A stretch of 64,000 bases of DNA from an uncultured Phycisphaerales bacterium (GCA_963844715.1 CAWJPJ010000006.1:640001-704000), one strand, 5' to 3'. Positions 18,740 through 31,297 are shown, counted from the first letter of the stretch. Notes: generated by a model from the letters alone, not told the origin. Made by a program: numbers and translations.

Positions 18740-20812
18740 ATGAGCGCCATACCCTCGATCGATCGAAAGACACTCGTTCAAAGGCTCAACCCCGTCGTTC
18801 ATCGAGCCGATCCCTTTTCGGCGGCTCTCCGTCGGGAACGGCGAATTCGCATTTACATCGGACATCACCGGGCTGCAAACCTTTCCAGACGAATATCACA
18901 CGGATTTCCCACTTTGCACGGCCTCGCATTGGGGCTGGCATACAACCCCCCCGCCGCCAGGCGTCGATCCAATGAATTTCCGGTATGAGATTTACGACAC
19001 CTACGGGCGCAAAGTCGGCTATGCGACCAGCTCGCGCGGCCAGGAAACACTCTTCAACTGGATGCGGCAGAACCCGCATCGATTGCATCTGGGGCGAATC
19101 GGGCTCGAGTTGCTCAAGCCGGACGGTTCGGTGGTCACATCTTCTGACGATTTGACCCACGTTGAGCAAACGCTTGATCTCTGGTCGGGGTTGCTGCAAA
19201 GCAAATTCTCGCTCGGCGATTCTCGGCTCAGCGTTCTGTCGTGTGTTCATCCTGATTTGGATTTGCTCGCGGTTCGAGTTGAGTCGCCGCTGCTGCACGC
19301 GGGCGATTGCGCGTGATCGTTCACTTTCCTTACGCTTCGCCGGAAACGGATATGGCCGATTGGATGAGCCCGGATCGGCATACCACGACGCTGATCCTGG
19401 CCGCGAATTGGGCTCAGTTTCCGCGCAAGCTGGACATGGACGCCTATGGCGCCACGCTCGCGTGGTCCTCCGGCGGCCTGGGCCAAACCGATCCGCATCG
19501 GTTCGTGCTGATCTGTAATGATGCCGATGCGCTGGAATTTGCGATCCATTTTCAGCAACGGCCGACTAATCTGGATCTCCCCTCGTTTGGGGCGACGCGA
19601 GCCGCGGCGGCCGATCATTGGCAGAAATTCTGGAGCAGCGGCGCGGCCATCGATCTGACCAGCAGCACCGCCAAGGAAGCCCCGGAACTTCAGCGGCGAA
19701 TCATCCTCTCGCAATACGTCACGGCGCTGAACTGCGCCGGCTCTCTCCCCCCTGCCGAAACCGGACTGCTTTTCAATTCCTGGTACGGCAAGTTCCATTT
19801 GGAAATGCACTGGTGGCACTCCGTTCATTTCACCGCGTGGAATCGCCCCGAACTATTCGAGCGAAGCTTGGATTATTACCGGCGAATTCTGGGCGTTGCC
19901 TACGAGAATGCGCATCGTCAGGGATACGACGGCTGCCGGTGGCCGAAGATGGTCGGCCCGGACGGGCAGGAATCACCCTCTCCAATCGGCCCGGTGTTGA
20001 TTTGGCAGCAGCCTCATCTGATCTATTACGCGGAACTTTGCTATCGGCGAAAACCGACGGCCGAAACGTTGGATCGATGGAAAGAAATCGTCCTGGAGAC
20101 GGGGGAGTTTTTGTCGCAATACGCCTACCTCGACAAATCGCGAAATCAATATGTACTGGGTCCGCCGCTAAAAACGGTTTCGGAAAACACGGATGCGCAC
20201 ACGAATAAGAATCCCACGTTTGAACTGGCTTATTGGCGCTGGGGTTTGCAAACGGCGATCCAATGGCGGCAGAGATTGAATCTTCCGATTCCACCGCGCT
20301 GGACCGACGTGGTGGCAAAATTGTCCCCCTTGCCGCAGAACAACGGATTGTATCTTCTGCAAGAAGGGCTGCTGGACACATTCGACCGCTGGAACGTCGA
20401 TCACCCCGCGATGCTCGGAGCATTGGGAATGCAGCCGGGAGATGGCGTCGATCCGCAAATCATGGGGGCCACCCTCCGGAAAGTGCTGGACAAGTGGCAA
20501 TGGGATAAAGCATGGGGCTGGGACTTCCCCATGGCGGCGATGTCAGCCGCGAGAACCGGCCAACCGGAACTGGCGATCCAGGCCCTGTTCATCAACAGCC
20601 CGAAAAATCGGTTTCACCCCAACGGACACAATTACCAGCGGCCAAGCCTGACCGCTTATCTGCCAGGCAATGGAGCCCTGCTGGCCGCCATTTCACTGAT
20701 GGCGTGCGGTCTAGAGAAAGACCCGGCCAACGAGGCTTCAGGGTTCCCGAAAAATGGGAAATGGTCCGTTCGGGCGGAGGGGTTTCAGCGGTGGATGGCG
20801 CCTGAATCCTAA
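18740..20812 (+). CDS. Six-hairpin (alpha/alpha)6 glycoside hydrolase-like protein (family often annotated GH65-like); frameshifts near 18800, 18950 and 19305
   Basis: IDRK.LVQR.NP, LSVGNGEFAF..DITGLQTF, NPHRLHLG, PPAETGL..NSWYGKFHLEMHWWH, WGWDFPM, YLPGNGALL across frames. Confidence 0.7.
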
Positions 20813-20945
20813 TCTTTCTCTTAATCCTCTTCCTACTCTTAATCCTACTCTTAATCATAATCTCAAAACGAGAGCAAGATTAAGATGAAGATTAAGAGTA
20901 GGAAGATGATTAAGAGCAGGATTAAGAGTAAGAGTAGGAGAAGAT
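20811..20945. repeat. Low-complexity inverted repeat built from CTCTTAATC / GATTAAGAG units
   Basis: Pyrimidine-rich arm (CTCTTAATCCT repeated) followed by its purine-rich complement (GATTAAGAGTAGG repeated). Confidence 0.8.
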
Positions 20946-20950
20946 GGAGA

Positions 20951-20991
20951 GAAAAAGAAACGAGCCCTGGGTTGGGTGACTCCAGGGCTCG
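20951..20991 (-). terminator. Probable intrinsic terminator of the PEP-CTERM gene
   Basis: CGAGCCCTGG (20961-70) pairs with CCAGGGCTCG (20982-91); followed on the minus strand by TTTCTTTTTC. Confidence 0.7.
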
Positions 20992-21052
20992 CTAGGGTGA
21001 TCGGCCGCACCGAAGGAGTGGCACGGCCGTCATTGAGAGCGCCATGTGAACG

Positions 21053-24000
21053 CTATTTCGCAATCGTTCGGCGGCGGCGCCGTTTCAAAAGCACTCCCAT
21101 CGCACCCAAGGACAGCATCATACTGGTCGCCGGTTCCGGCAAAGCATCGATGCTAGTGGCTGCCACGCCGCTCACGGTTGGGTCGCCGTAAGCGGGATTG
21201 CTGAAGTCGAAATCCAGAACCGGATCGTTCGGCACGGAGGGAACTACGATTTCAAGCTGATACGCCGCCATCGCGCTCAGGTCGCCGGTATTTCCATTGC
21301 CTTCCTGTCCGTTCCCGGCCGAGTAATTTCCGGATGCGTCGTACCACGTGTAATCGAACGCGGTCAGATCGCTTTCCAAGCCCGTGAGGCTCTCTCCGCT
21401 GTCGAAGCTGAAGAAGAGGTCGATCGGATTGGACCCGAAGCTCGACGGATTGCCGTTCTGATCGTCAACCTGCATATACAGATAACCGGCTTCCGCGTTC
21501 AGATTCGTCAACGGCGCGGTCGTAAAGGTTCCGTTGCCGTTGTTGGTGACGTACATGGTGTAATTGTTCGTCGTTCCGCCGGCTTCGGGATTGGTGCCGC
21601 CCTGCGTTCCCTGAAGGAGTTGCCGCCCATAGGCAATGGCGTTGCTGTTGGTCGGAACAAGTTCGACCAGAGGGGCAACCGTCGGGGCGACAGTGACGGT
21701 GGCGGTCTGATTGTTGTTGTTATAGCCCTGGTAAGTGTCCTGGTCGCCGTAGGTGAAGCTGTACACTTGGCTCGCCGCAGCCGTGGAGCTGGCGGTGAAT
21801 GAACCGGTATACGTGGGGCTTGAAGCGCCCGCGGTGATCGTCGGCGTTCCGCTGAACCCACTGGTATATCCATTCCCATCCGCCGAGACACCCGACACCG
21901 CCGCGCCGTCGCGGAGCGCCGAGCCGTTCAGCGGGTTGCTGAGCGAATAGTTAAAGTCAACCGTCTGGCCCTGGGTGACGACCGGGTTGAGGATCTGATT
22001 GGGAATCGCGGCGTGATCGAATACCGATCCGGTGATCGTCGCCGTGACATTTGCGTTGCCAACCGCGCTGGCCCCGGGGAGCGACTGATCGTCGCCGGTA
22101 TTGAAGCTCACGTTGACGTTCTGCGTCCCGGCCGTGGAAGCCGCGTTAAAGGCGGCGGAGTAATCGCTGGAAGAGCCCGCGGAAATCACGCCGATGGTTC
22201 CGCCGCTGAGATTCGCGCTGGTCCCGCCGACCTGGAGGCCGGCGCGAGCCGCCCCACCGCCGTCGGTCGCGGCTGCGGCAAGGTTCACGTTCGCCGCCAG
22301 GGCGCCGGAGTTCACGAAGGCGTCAAAGTTGTTGCCCGCGGTAACCGTCGCCGAGGCCAAGGCATGGTCGAGGACGTTGACGGTGACGGTGCCAGTCTGC
22401 GAGCCACTAGTTGAGTTGGAGTCGATGACCGAGAAGGTACCCGTCTGACTCGCGCCGACAGCGGTGCCGTCGAATGACAATCCGGAATAGGGATTGCTAG
22501 TTTGCCCCGCCACGACCGAGCCATTGACCTGGCTGCCGACTACGTTGGAGACATTGGAAGTGTTGAACGTGACCGGGTCCGAGCCGGTCGGAGCAGTGTT
22601 CTGGATCGTGAAACTGAACGGATCGGTCCCGCCGGTGATAATCGAGCTATAGGTCGGCGTCGCGGTGATCGTGCCGATCGTTTCCCTGTGGACCAGATCG
22701 GTTTCACCGGTGTTCAACTCCAAGTGATACGCGGGGTTCGAGACGCCGGTAAGATTAAGTGTGGCAAACCCCCCGTTCGCCGCGAGGTTCGTGCCATGGC
22801 TGAGGGTCGTATAGGTCATCAGGGTGTATTTGCCCTGATCGAGCGAGCCGAGATTCAAGGCCAGGATGTCGCTCGTGCTGGAGGTGTTGAGTGTGCCGAC
22901 GACGGCGAGTTCGTCGTTATTCCCCGCGCCGACGCCGAGAGACAATTCGCTGTCCGCGCCGAAGGTTACGGTGTTGTTATGGCCGGTGGTGCCGACGCTC
23001 AACGTCGCCATCGACGTATTGGTATCGCCGGGCGAGAGAATTGCCAGGACGGTCCCGGATTTACCGGTGAGGGTCAACGTGTCATTGGTCGCCAGGCCGA
23101 TGGTTCCGGTGCCACCCAGCGTCGTGCTGGCGGTGATGCTGTTGGGAATGGAAACGTTGCCCAGACCAGAATCCGTCCCGTCAATATAGAGGGTTCCGGC
23201 GTCAATCGTGGTGGTCCCGGTGTAGGAGTCATTGCCGGACAGGAGCAGGACACCGCCGCCCTTTACGGTCACCGACTCGATGGTGTTGTTGAAGGGGATG
23301 AGGTTGGACGTGACGGCGAGGTTTACGCCGGGATAAAGGCCGCCGGAAACCGTCGCGGTGGCGATGTTAAAGGTCGTCGCCGACTGAATGCTGACGCTTC
23401 CGCCGCTGATCATCGCGGTCGTCGACGCGGCGTCGGTCGTAACGGCGGCGGCGTCGCTGGTGCCGAAGAGAGAGTAGTTCCCGCCCTGGGAGTCGCCGTT
23501 GTTTCCCAAAGCGGCGACCAGGGAGCCGCCGGTGAACGTCAGATTGGGCAGTGTGATGCGGTAGCTGGATGTCCCCAGATCGGTGACCGTTCCGCCGCTA
23601 ATGGCGATCGTTCCCGGGGCCGTGTCGTTCCAATAGCCGAACGCATCCGTTTCTCCGCCGATCAAAGTGCCGCCGGACTCAACCGTGGTGGTACCCGAAC
23701 CGAGGGCGGTATCGCCGGTGTTGAGGCTGCCGGCAACTTCAACCGTTCCATTAATAGTCAAACCGCCGGTGTAGGAGTTATTGCCGGTCAGCAGCAGCGT
23801 TCCTGCACCGGACTCGCTGATGCTGTGGCTGCCGGAGATTATGCCCCCGACGGTGAGCGTGCTTCCCGAGACGGTGACCGTCGGGTTAGTTCCAAGCGTG
23901 ACGGCGCCCGTGCCGAGATTCAGGCTGCTGGTCCCGCCGAAGGTGAAGCTGCTGTTCCAGTTCTGAGTGACGTTGTGGCTGAGGGTGATGGGGTTGCTGG

Positions 24001-27000
24001 TCGTGTTATCGAAGTTTCCGCCCGCGATCGTGAAGTTGCCCGTGCCGATCGCGGAGGCGCTATTGATATCGAGCGTGCCGGCGTCGAGGACAGTGCCACC
24101 GCTATAAGTATTCGTGTTGGAGAGAACCAGGGTGCCGGTGCCGGTTGCCATGGTCAGTATAGCGCCGGTGCCCCCGCTGAAGAGGCCGGTCTCGGCGAAA
24201 GTCATTCCGCTGGCGATGTTAAAGGTATCGGTGCCGGTGTTCAGTGTAACCGCTCGGCTGCCGGAAACGTTGCCCGTCGCGTTCAATGTGCCGCTGGCCA
24301 GTGTGATCCCGCCGGACGCGCCGAGGTTGCTGTCGCTGGAGATGCTGAGCGTGCCGGCATCAATGATCGTCCCGCCGGTGTAGGTATTGAGCCCGGAGAG
24401 AACCAGGGTGCCGGTGCCGGTCGCCATGGTCAGCGCGCCGCTCTGGCCAGTGACGTTGGCGATGACGCCGCCGTAATTCAGGGTCTGACCGCTGGCGACG
24501 TTGATCGTCCCGCCGGACGTTCCAAGCTGAATTCCGCGATCGCTGTCGAGGGTCAGGCTGGCGGTGTCCTTCAAGGTGCCGCCGGAGAACGTCAGGAAGT
24601 TCGCAACGGGAGTGCCGGCCGGCAGCGGTTGGGGGCCTAAATCGAGATCGTTGCTGATACTGAGCGTGCCGCTGGAGAGGTTCCATAAGCCGGAGTAGGG
24701 GTTGCTGCCGCCGAGGACGACCGTGCCCGCGCCGGCGATATTCATCGTGTCATTCGACGCGCCGGCGGAAAGATCGCCAGCGTCGATCGTGAAGTGTCCT
24801 GTCCATGCTGCTGGTTTTCAAAGTGAAAGTATCGCCCGCGGTTGCGTCCAGATTGATCGCGGCGTTTTCGACCGCCGTTGTTCCGCTGCCTTCCACCGCG
24901 CCGCCGCTGTTGAGGGTCGACCTGGGCAGTCGAGGTGATTCCGCCAAACTGAAGGGTGCCGCCCGTTTTCGACGACGGGAATCGCTGATCCGAGTGCGCC
25001 ATCTGGCGGTGACATTCCACAATTCCACTGTTGACGGTGACGCCGCCCGGTGAAAGAGTTGGATCCATCGGAGAGAGTGACTGTTCCGCTTCCGCTCATC
25101 GCCAGGCTGCCGCCGGTGCCGCTGATCAAGCCGGAAATATTCGGCGTGGTCTTGCTGTTATTCAAAGTCAGGGCGTTGCCGCCCAGGTTGACCGCGCCGG
25201 CGCCGGTGAGAGAGAGCAGGCTTTGATTCGGCGCCAAGGGCGAGCGTGCCGGGTGTTGGTGACATCCGCGGTGCCGCTGCCGAGCGCGCCGGTCGTATTA
25301 AGGTTTAGCGTTGAGCCGGGCTAACGGTGACGCGCGGTCCCGGTGACAAGAGAAGAGGCCGCTGTTCCCAATGTGGAAGAGCCGCTGCCGGAGAAGGTGA
25401 TCGTTCGCCCGTGCCGCCGTCGGCCAGCGCGCCGAGGGTGAGGGCTGTGCCGGTCGCGCGCGATGAAGGTGGCGTTGCCGGTCAGGGTGGTTGTGCCGAA
25501 GGTCAGACGCGGCCGTTCCGCTGGCGACGTTGGTCCCTTTTGCGAGGCTCAGGGTGTTGTGCGCCGATGGAGAGGGTGCCGAGGGTGTAGTTGACGCCCG
25601 CGCCGCTGCCGGCGAGGTCGGACGTAAGTGTCGAGGTCCGCCGAATGGTCGTGTTGTAGGCGGTGAGGGCTCCGCCGGTTTGAAGATCGAGGGTTCCGCC
25701 GTTCAAAACCACTGCGCCGGTTCCGAGAGAGGCGGAGTTTTGAGCCGCCAGTGTTCCGGCCGACACGGTAGTGTTGCCTGAATAGGTGTTGGCGGTGGTC
25801 AGGAAAAGCGTACCGGCGCCGGTGGCCAGGGTGAGGCCCCCGGTTTGCCCGGAGACGTTGGCGATCGTTCCGCCATAGGTGAGTGTTTTGGTACTGGCTG
25901 ACGTCGAACGTGCCGCCGGCGGTGCCGAGCTGTATTCCGCGATACTGGCTTAGGGCAAAGCTCGCGGTGGCGTCGAGGGTTCCGCCGCTAAAGGTGAGAT
26001 AGTTAGCCACGCCAGGGGAAGTCGGCGCGGCACCGAGATCGGTGTCAGCACCGATGCTCAGGGTGCCGGAACTCAGATTCCACAAACCAGCATAGGTATT
26101 GGCTCCGCCCAGGGTGATGGTTCCAGCGCCTGCGACGGTGATAGTGGAGGTGGACGCCCCGCCGCTCAGATCACCCGAATCGATGGTGAATGAATCGGAG
26201 GCGGTGCTGCTGGTTTCGAGGGTGAATGTGCCACTGGCCGTATTGGCGAGGATCATGGCCGCGTTTTGAACGGACGTTCCGCTGCCTTCAAGCAGCAGTG
26301 TCCGCGTCAAAAGTCAAAGCCTTGGTCGAAGTGATTCCGGCCAACTGCAACGTGCCGCCGTTGATGGTGGCGGTGCCGGTGCCCATCGCGCCAGCCGCGG
26401 TGATTTCAAGGGTTCCCCCGTCGACGTTTACGCCGCCGCTGAAGGAGTTCGACCCGTCGGACAGGATGTAGGTGCTAGATCCGGTCTCGGTGACAGCGAC
26501 CGTACGCAGCCCCGTGCCGTTGCTGATGGCGCCACTCAGGGTAACGACTCCGGCTCCAGTGCCAGTGAGGTTGAGCGTGGCGCCGGTGTTACTTCCGTTA
26601 TTTGTAAACGCGTTGGCGATGCTTTCATTGCTGGCGGAGCTTTGAGTGATGGTGGGATTGGCCTCGATATCAAAGGAATCGCCACCGAGGAAGAATGCGC
26701 CGCCGCCACTGCTGAAGGTCAGTGCTGGTGAAGATAAAGTCGTTGGCGATGTTGTTATCAAGGGGGATGGTGTTAGTACCAAGATTTTTTGTTCCCGCAA
26801 AGATGAGCGCCGTGGCCGTATTGGACGTGGGGGCAGTGCCGCCCCAGTTGCCGGTATTGCTCCAGTCGCTGGCAGTTCCACCAGTTCCGCCCCCGTTCCA
26901 GGTAAACGTCGCGGCCGATGCCGCGGCAGCGTTGGCATTGCCACCACACCCGCGATCGCCAGCGCCATAACCCCGGCGGCTTTGGCCTTACCTCTAAATG

Positions 27001-27046
27001 CACCTATAGAACGGCTGCTGTACCCTAGGTCTTTCCACAATCTCAT
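21053..27046 (-). CDS. Very large (about 2000 aa) secreted beta-strand-repeat (autotransporter-associated repeat) protein with PEP-CTERM sorting signal; many frameshifts in 24.7-26.9 kb
   Basis: Repeated GTGTLVLSG.NTYTGGT.I.AGTL motifs across several frames; signal-like N-terminus; C-terminus LPEPATSMMLSLGAMGVLLKRRRRR. Confidence 0.85.
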
Positions 27047-27432
27047 CTGAGGCTCCTTCTCGATCGACTTCTCTCACTGGCGGCAAACTGCACCTACCGA
27101 GTGAGCGCCTCTGGACCCTATGTGCCACCCGACCAGACTGAGGTATCCCAAGAACGGCGACCCAACGCCGGTTACGGCGAGATACCTCTGACGAGCCGGA
27201 TGATTCCCACTTCAGCGACCGCCCTGACGGCCGCATTCGAAGAAGACAATGTCGCAAAAACCCCCAAAGACAAATCTGCCAAGCCCCGATTTTTCGGATT
27301 AGCGCTTTCTTATTCGCACGTTCTGCCGCTTTATGCCGGTGAATCCCCGTTAGGCGATACAGACGTCATAACCGGTCAAACGACCTGCACAATTCCCGAA
27401 ATCTGTTCCGTTTATGCAGGCAAAATGGATGG

Positions 27433-27544
27433 AACCGCCAATCCGCCAGAGGACCCCAAGATCAAGGCGCGAAGAAAACCAATAATTGGCCCTTTGCATT
27501 TCCCTGCGCGGTTTTACCTTGGCGTCCTCGGCGGCTTGGCGGTT
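27433..27544. repeat. Palindromic repeat (AACCGCCAA...TTGGCGGTT family)
   Basis: AACCGCCAATCCGCCAGAGGACCCCAAG ... CTTGGCGTCCTCGGCGGCTTGGCGGTT. Confidence 0.78.
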
Positions 27545-27556
27545 TAATCATCTTCA

Positions 27557-28372
27557 ATGATTCGAAGAGACGCCCCCAACGAGATCTGGCTGATCGCCCA
27601 GCACGATCATGCGCTATTGGCCGGGGAGCTGCTGAACAACGTCGGAAACGCCCTTTTTTCGCCGCCGACCCCGTTCCAGGCGGTCATTTCCGCCACCAGT
27701 CATCATGATGTGGGCTGGCAATCGCGGGATGCGTACCCCTCCCTGAACTTCCAGAATCGGCCTGCCCATGTATTTGAAATAAACATCGAAATCGCCCTCG
27801 CAGCCTGGCAGGATTCGGTCTCGGCGGCGCTTTTGGAGGACCCGTATTCGGCCCTTTTGGTGAGCTTGCACGCCATGAATCTGGCCGCCGGCGCAACGGC
27901 CAAAACTCCGCCCGATGCCTTCCGCCTCCAGCAATTCTTCCAGCGCCAAGCCGAGTTGCAGGAATCGCTGCGAAAGAAACTGGGCATGCGGACAGACCTT
28001 CCGCTGACTGGCGGTCTGCGCGGCTCCGAGCGGTCGGACGATGAAGAACTTCTCGCCTCCAATTTCCATTTGCTTCAGTTATTCGATCAACTGAGCCTGG
28101 TCCTGTGCTTCGATCGGCTGGTATTTAAGCGCATTGGGGACGTCTATCCGCGGCCGATGGAAGCGCCGGTGACGATTCGTCTCGATCGGACGGCTCCGGG
28201 GGTGATTCGAATCGATCCCTGGCCCTTTGCCGTACCCCGATTGAATCTGCAAATTCCCGCCAAAAGATTGCCGGATAGGCGGTACCCCAGCGAATCCGCG
28301 CTGGCCGATGCGTACGCAAAAGCCAAAACGGAATTGCTCCATGTACAGTTGAAAACCTGGCAAGAAATCTGA
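27557..28372 (+). CDS. DUF3891-like (HD-related) family protein
   Basis: LIAQHDHALLAGEL, HHDVGW..D, YSALLVSLH, LQLFDQLSL, IDPWPF. Confidence 0.75.
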   Translation: MIRRDAPNEIWLIAQHDHALLAGELLNNVGNALFSPPTPFQAVISATSHHDVGWQSRDAYPSLNFQNRPAHVFEINIEIALAAWQDSVSAALLEDPYSALLVSLHAMNLAAGATAKTPPDAFRLQQFFQRQAELQESLRKKLGMRTDLPLTGGLRGSERSDDEELLASNFHLLQLFDQLSLVLCFDRLVFKRIGDVYPRPMEAPVTIRLDRTAPGVIRIDPWPFAVPRLNLQIPAKRLPDRRYPSESALADAYAKAKTELLHVQLKTWQEI

Positions 28373-28415
28373 AATCTGAGATTGAAGATCTCAAAATTCC
28401 CCTATACTCGCCCGC

Positions 28416-29387
28416 ATGATTCTAGCCGGTGTGGATGAGGCGGGTTACGGCCCGGTTCTGGGGCCTCTGGTGATCGGCTGCTGCGCGTTTGAGATCGCAG
28501 GCGATTTCCCGCCGGAAGAACTCCCCTGCCTTTGGAAAAAACTGAGCAAGATCGTCAGCAAGAAGAAATCCGCCAAGGGGAAAAAGCTTCACATCAACGA
28601 CAGCAAACAGGTTTACAGCCCGAGCGCGGGATTGAAGGAACTGGAGCGGTCCGTGGTGGCCATGGTTCTGGCGATGGGACAGGAGCCGAAGAGTTTATGT
28701 GATTTTGTGAACTGCACGGCCTCGCACGTGACCGAGGAACTAACCCAATATTCCTGGTATCAAGGATATGACGAGGAGCGATTCCCCATCGAGCAACCGA
28801 TGCTCCCGCTGCAAATATTCGCCAGTGCCCTTCGCAGGCAAATGGAGACCTCGGCCGCGCGATGCGTGCATCTGGCGGCGCGAGTTGTACTCGAGCGGCA
28901 GCTTAACGAGCGCTTCGCCGCCACGCGCAACAAGAGCGCGGTGCTGGGTTCGGTCACGTCGATTCATCTCGATTTTCTTTTGCGAACATGGGGGACACAG
29001 CCCCTGGTGATTTTCTGCGACCGCCAGGGTGGGAAGGAACACTACGGCAGCGACCTGCGCCTCTGGTTTGGCGAATGGGATTTGGAAGTCCTCAACGAAA
29101 AGGACGGCCGAAGCGATTACCGGCTAAAGCGAGACGCGAACACGGTCCACATCTTCTTCCGCGAAAAGGCCGAGTCGCAATGCCTCCCCGTCGCCATGGC
29201 AAGTATGCTGAGCAAATATCTGCGCGAATGCCTCATGCGACGCTTCAACGCCTTCTGGTCGCAACAACTACCGGAGGTCACGCCTACGGCGGGGTATTAC
29301 AATGACGGGCTGCGGTTTTTACGGGATATTGAGGTGAAGAGAAGGGAGCTGGGCATTCGGGATGAGGAGATGATACGGTCTCGGTAG
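28416..29387 (+). CDS. Divergent ribonuclease HII-like protein
   Basis: GVDEAGYGPVLGPLV, DSK, CDRQGG, KAE...VAMASMLSK. Confidence 0.75.
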   Translation: MILAGVDEAGYGPVLGPLVIGCCAFEIAGDFPPEELPCLWKKLSKIVSKKKSAKGKKLHINDSKQVYSPSAGLKELERSVVAMVLAMGQEPKSLCDFVNCTASHVTEELTQYSWYQGYDEERFPIEQPMLPLQIFASALRRQMETSAARCVHLAARVVLERQLNERFAATRNKSAVLGSVTSIHLDFLLRTWGTQPLVIFCDRQGGKEHYGSDLRLWFGEWDLEVLNEKDGRSDYRLKRDANTVHIFFREKAESQCLPVAMASMLSKYLRECLMRRFNAFWSQQLPEVTPTAGYYNDGLRFLRDIEVKRRELGIRDEEMIRSR

Positions 29388-29570
29388 AGACGGAGAGACG
29401 GAGGGAGGTTCGGCGCGGGGAGACGTCTCAAGCTGCGCTAGAGCGGGCGAGCCGTGGAACAGTTGAGCAGTGGAGGGCGAGGCGGGCCGTTCGGGCAGAG
29501 GGAGGTTCGCGAGGCATCTTTTGCGTTCAATAAATACGGGGGGGGTATAGCACATACGTAGATATTGATG

Positions 29571-29626
29571 AATAAATAGCTGCGTCCCCGTTTCATGTTC
29601 CGTTTCATGTTCCCCGTTTCATGTTC
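29571..29626. repeat. AATAAATAGCTGCGTCCCC boundary motif followed by triplicated 12-mer CGTTTCATGTTC
   Basis: Copies at 29589-29600, 29601-29612 and 29615-29626; the third runs into the RHS core. Confidence 0.8.
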
Positions 29627-30863
29627 GGCAACATCGTCAGCCAGACCAGTCCTTCGAACCAGCCGCGCTTTGCGTATTCTGGAATGCAGCTCGACCCTGC
29701 AACGGGTCTCTACTACGACAGCGCGCGTTACTACGACGCCGGCACGGGCACATTCATCAGCCAGGACCCCACAGGCTTTGGCGGCGGGACAGCCGATCTC
29801 TATGACTACGTCGGCAATGACCCGGTGAATATGACCGATCCGTCGGGAGAGCGCGGATTCGCCGCCGAAGCGGTGCAGAATAAGCCGTCCATCCAACTGA
29901 TGTTCGCGCCTCCGACTGGAGGCGGCGGTGGAGACGTAGCTGCTGCCAGACCTCTCCGACCTGGAACAGCTATTGGCACTTGACCCGCTAGCAGCATTTG
30001 CCGGCCCCCCCGACGAGTTCACCCAGCTCCACCCCAAGCGGCGGCGGAGGGCCTGGCGAAACCATCAATTGGCCGGATTTTGGGGTGGGCGGCCCGGCCA
30101 TTGGTCCGGGATTCTCGTATAACGCAGACTTCTCGGATGTCATGGTTAATCCGGCGGCTTATGGGTACTCACCGCAATTTGACCCATCGACTCAGCTGCA
30201 AAACCTTACAGACGGCCTAAATCAGCTTCTCGATGACCCAGCCGCCGATATGGAAAACGAGCAAATCAATTCCTACGTCCAAGCGCAGAACAAGATACAG
30301 AATGCTAACATCGAATACGGCGGGTTTGACTACCTCACCGGCGGGGGACAAACAGTGCCCATTTATACCACGCCAGCGTCGATCGACTACATTTCCGGTG
30401 GATTCAACCTAACAGGCCAGGCCTTACTCGCAATAGGCACAGACGGCGCGTCTCTAGAAGAGGAGTCGATAATTGACACTGCGGTGGTCGGTGCAGAGGA
30501 TAGCGCCGCAGATGCAGTCCAGGATACTGTTCCAGTCTATCGGGCCGTTTCTCAAGCCGAGTGGGACCAGATTGCTCAGGACGGCGAGTTCTACTCGCCT
30601 CCGAACGCATCAACGCCGACGGGCAATGCGGGCAAGTGGTTCTACGGCGACCAAACTTCGGCGGAACAATTTGCAAGCACCATATCTCAGCTCAGCTTGA
30701 AAACACTCCATACGGGGTGGTGCAGGCCCAGGTGCCGAGAAGCTCAATCACATTTATGCAATCTGGGATTGACAGTGGCTATGGAGTGACTAACGGCACG
30801 GGCCTATTCTCCGAATTCCCCGGGCTTAGCGGGGTTCCAATCGCACCGGTGACTCCTCCATAG
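29621..30863 (+). pseudogene. Orphan RHS module: RHS-associated core + variable C-terminal toxin; 5'-truncated and frameshifted
   Basis: FGN...RFAYSG.QLD..TGLYY..ARYYD..TGTFISQDP.GF.GG...LY.YVGNDPVN.TDPSG; distal VYRAVSQAEW...GKWF. Confidence 0.85.
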
Positions 30864-30870
30864 GAGTTTT

Positions 30871-31297
30871 ATGGCAGATCAAATACTTGAAAAAAATGCC
30901 CCTCGCGTCCTCTTCGATATACGAAACGACGCGGACAAACTTGCAAGGATGCAAAAAGCCTCGACATCCGCTGGGCCGTGGGGGGTCGCGATACAGCATG
31001 GCTTTGTTGGCTCGCCGGAATGGTGGTCAGCTCTTGAATCACGCGAAATAAAACTCGAAACTTTTGAGGGCACGATCAGCGGCACAGACTTTGGTCCCAT
31101 GGGCGACACACTGGAAGTGCACATCACAGGACCGGAGGGAAAGCAAGATTGGATCGCATGGACGGGATTTGATGTGGCGCTTGTCGGAACCAAGGTTCGC
31201 ACCCGTTACGTGCGGCTGCTGCCCAAGCAGCCTTCAATTCATCGACCAGGCTAGCTATTTGGTTCCCGTGCTGTTACAAGTCGAAGTTGTGGATTAA
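30871..31297 (+). CDS. Putative cognate immunity protein; frameshift near 31250
   Basis: Starts 7 bp after the toxin stop with AGGAG RBS; about 140 aa; position typical of RHS immunity genes. Confidence 0.6.

Noticed and set aside
22502..24640. 712-aa plus-strand ORF and other long antisense ORFs (e.g. 36842..38038, 39443..40714, 54681..55727)
   Set aside because: Stop-poor shadows of real genes in high-GC DNA, with no recognisable motifs
27050..27430. Sigma-54 promoter or riboswitch upstream of the PEP-CTERM gene
   Set aside because: TGGCA is present on the minus strand but lacks a correctly spaced TTGC; no riboswitch consensus recognised by eye
8883..29626. CRISPR array among the repeats
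   Set aside because: Repeats are inverted or short tandem units with no regular repeat-spacer pattern, and no cas genes are present
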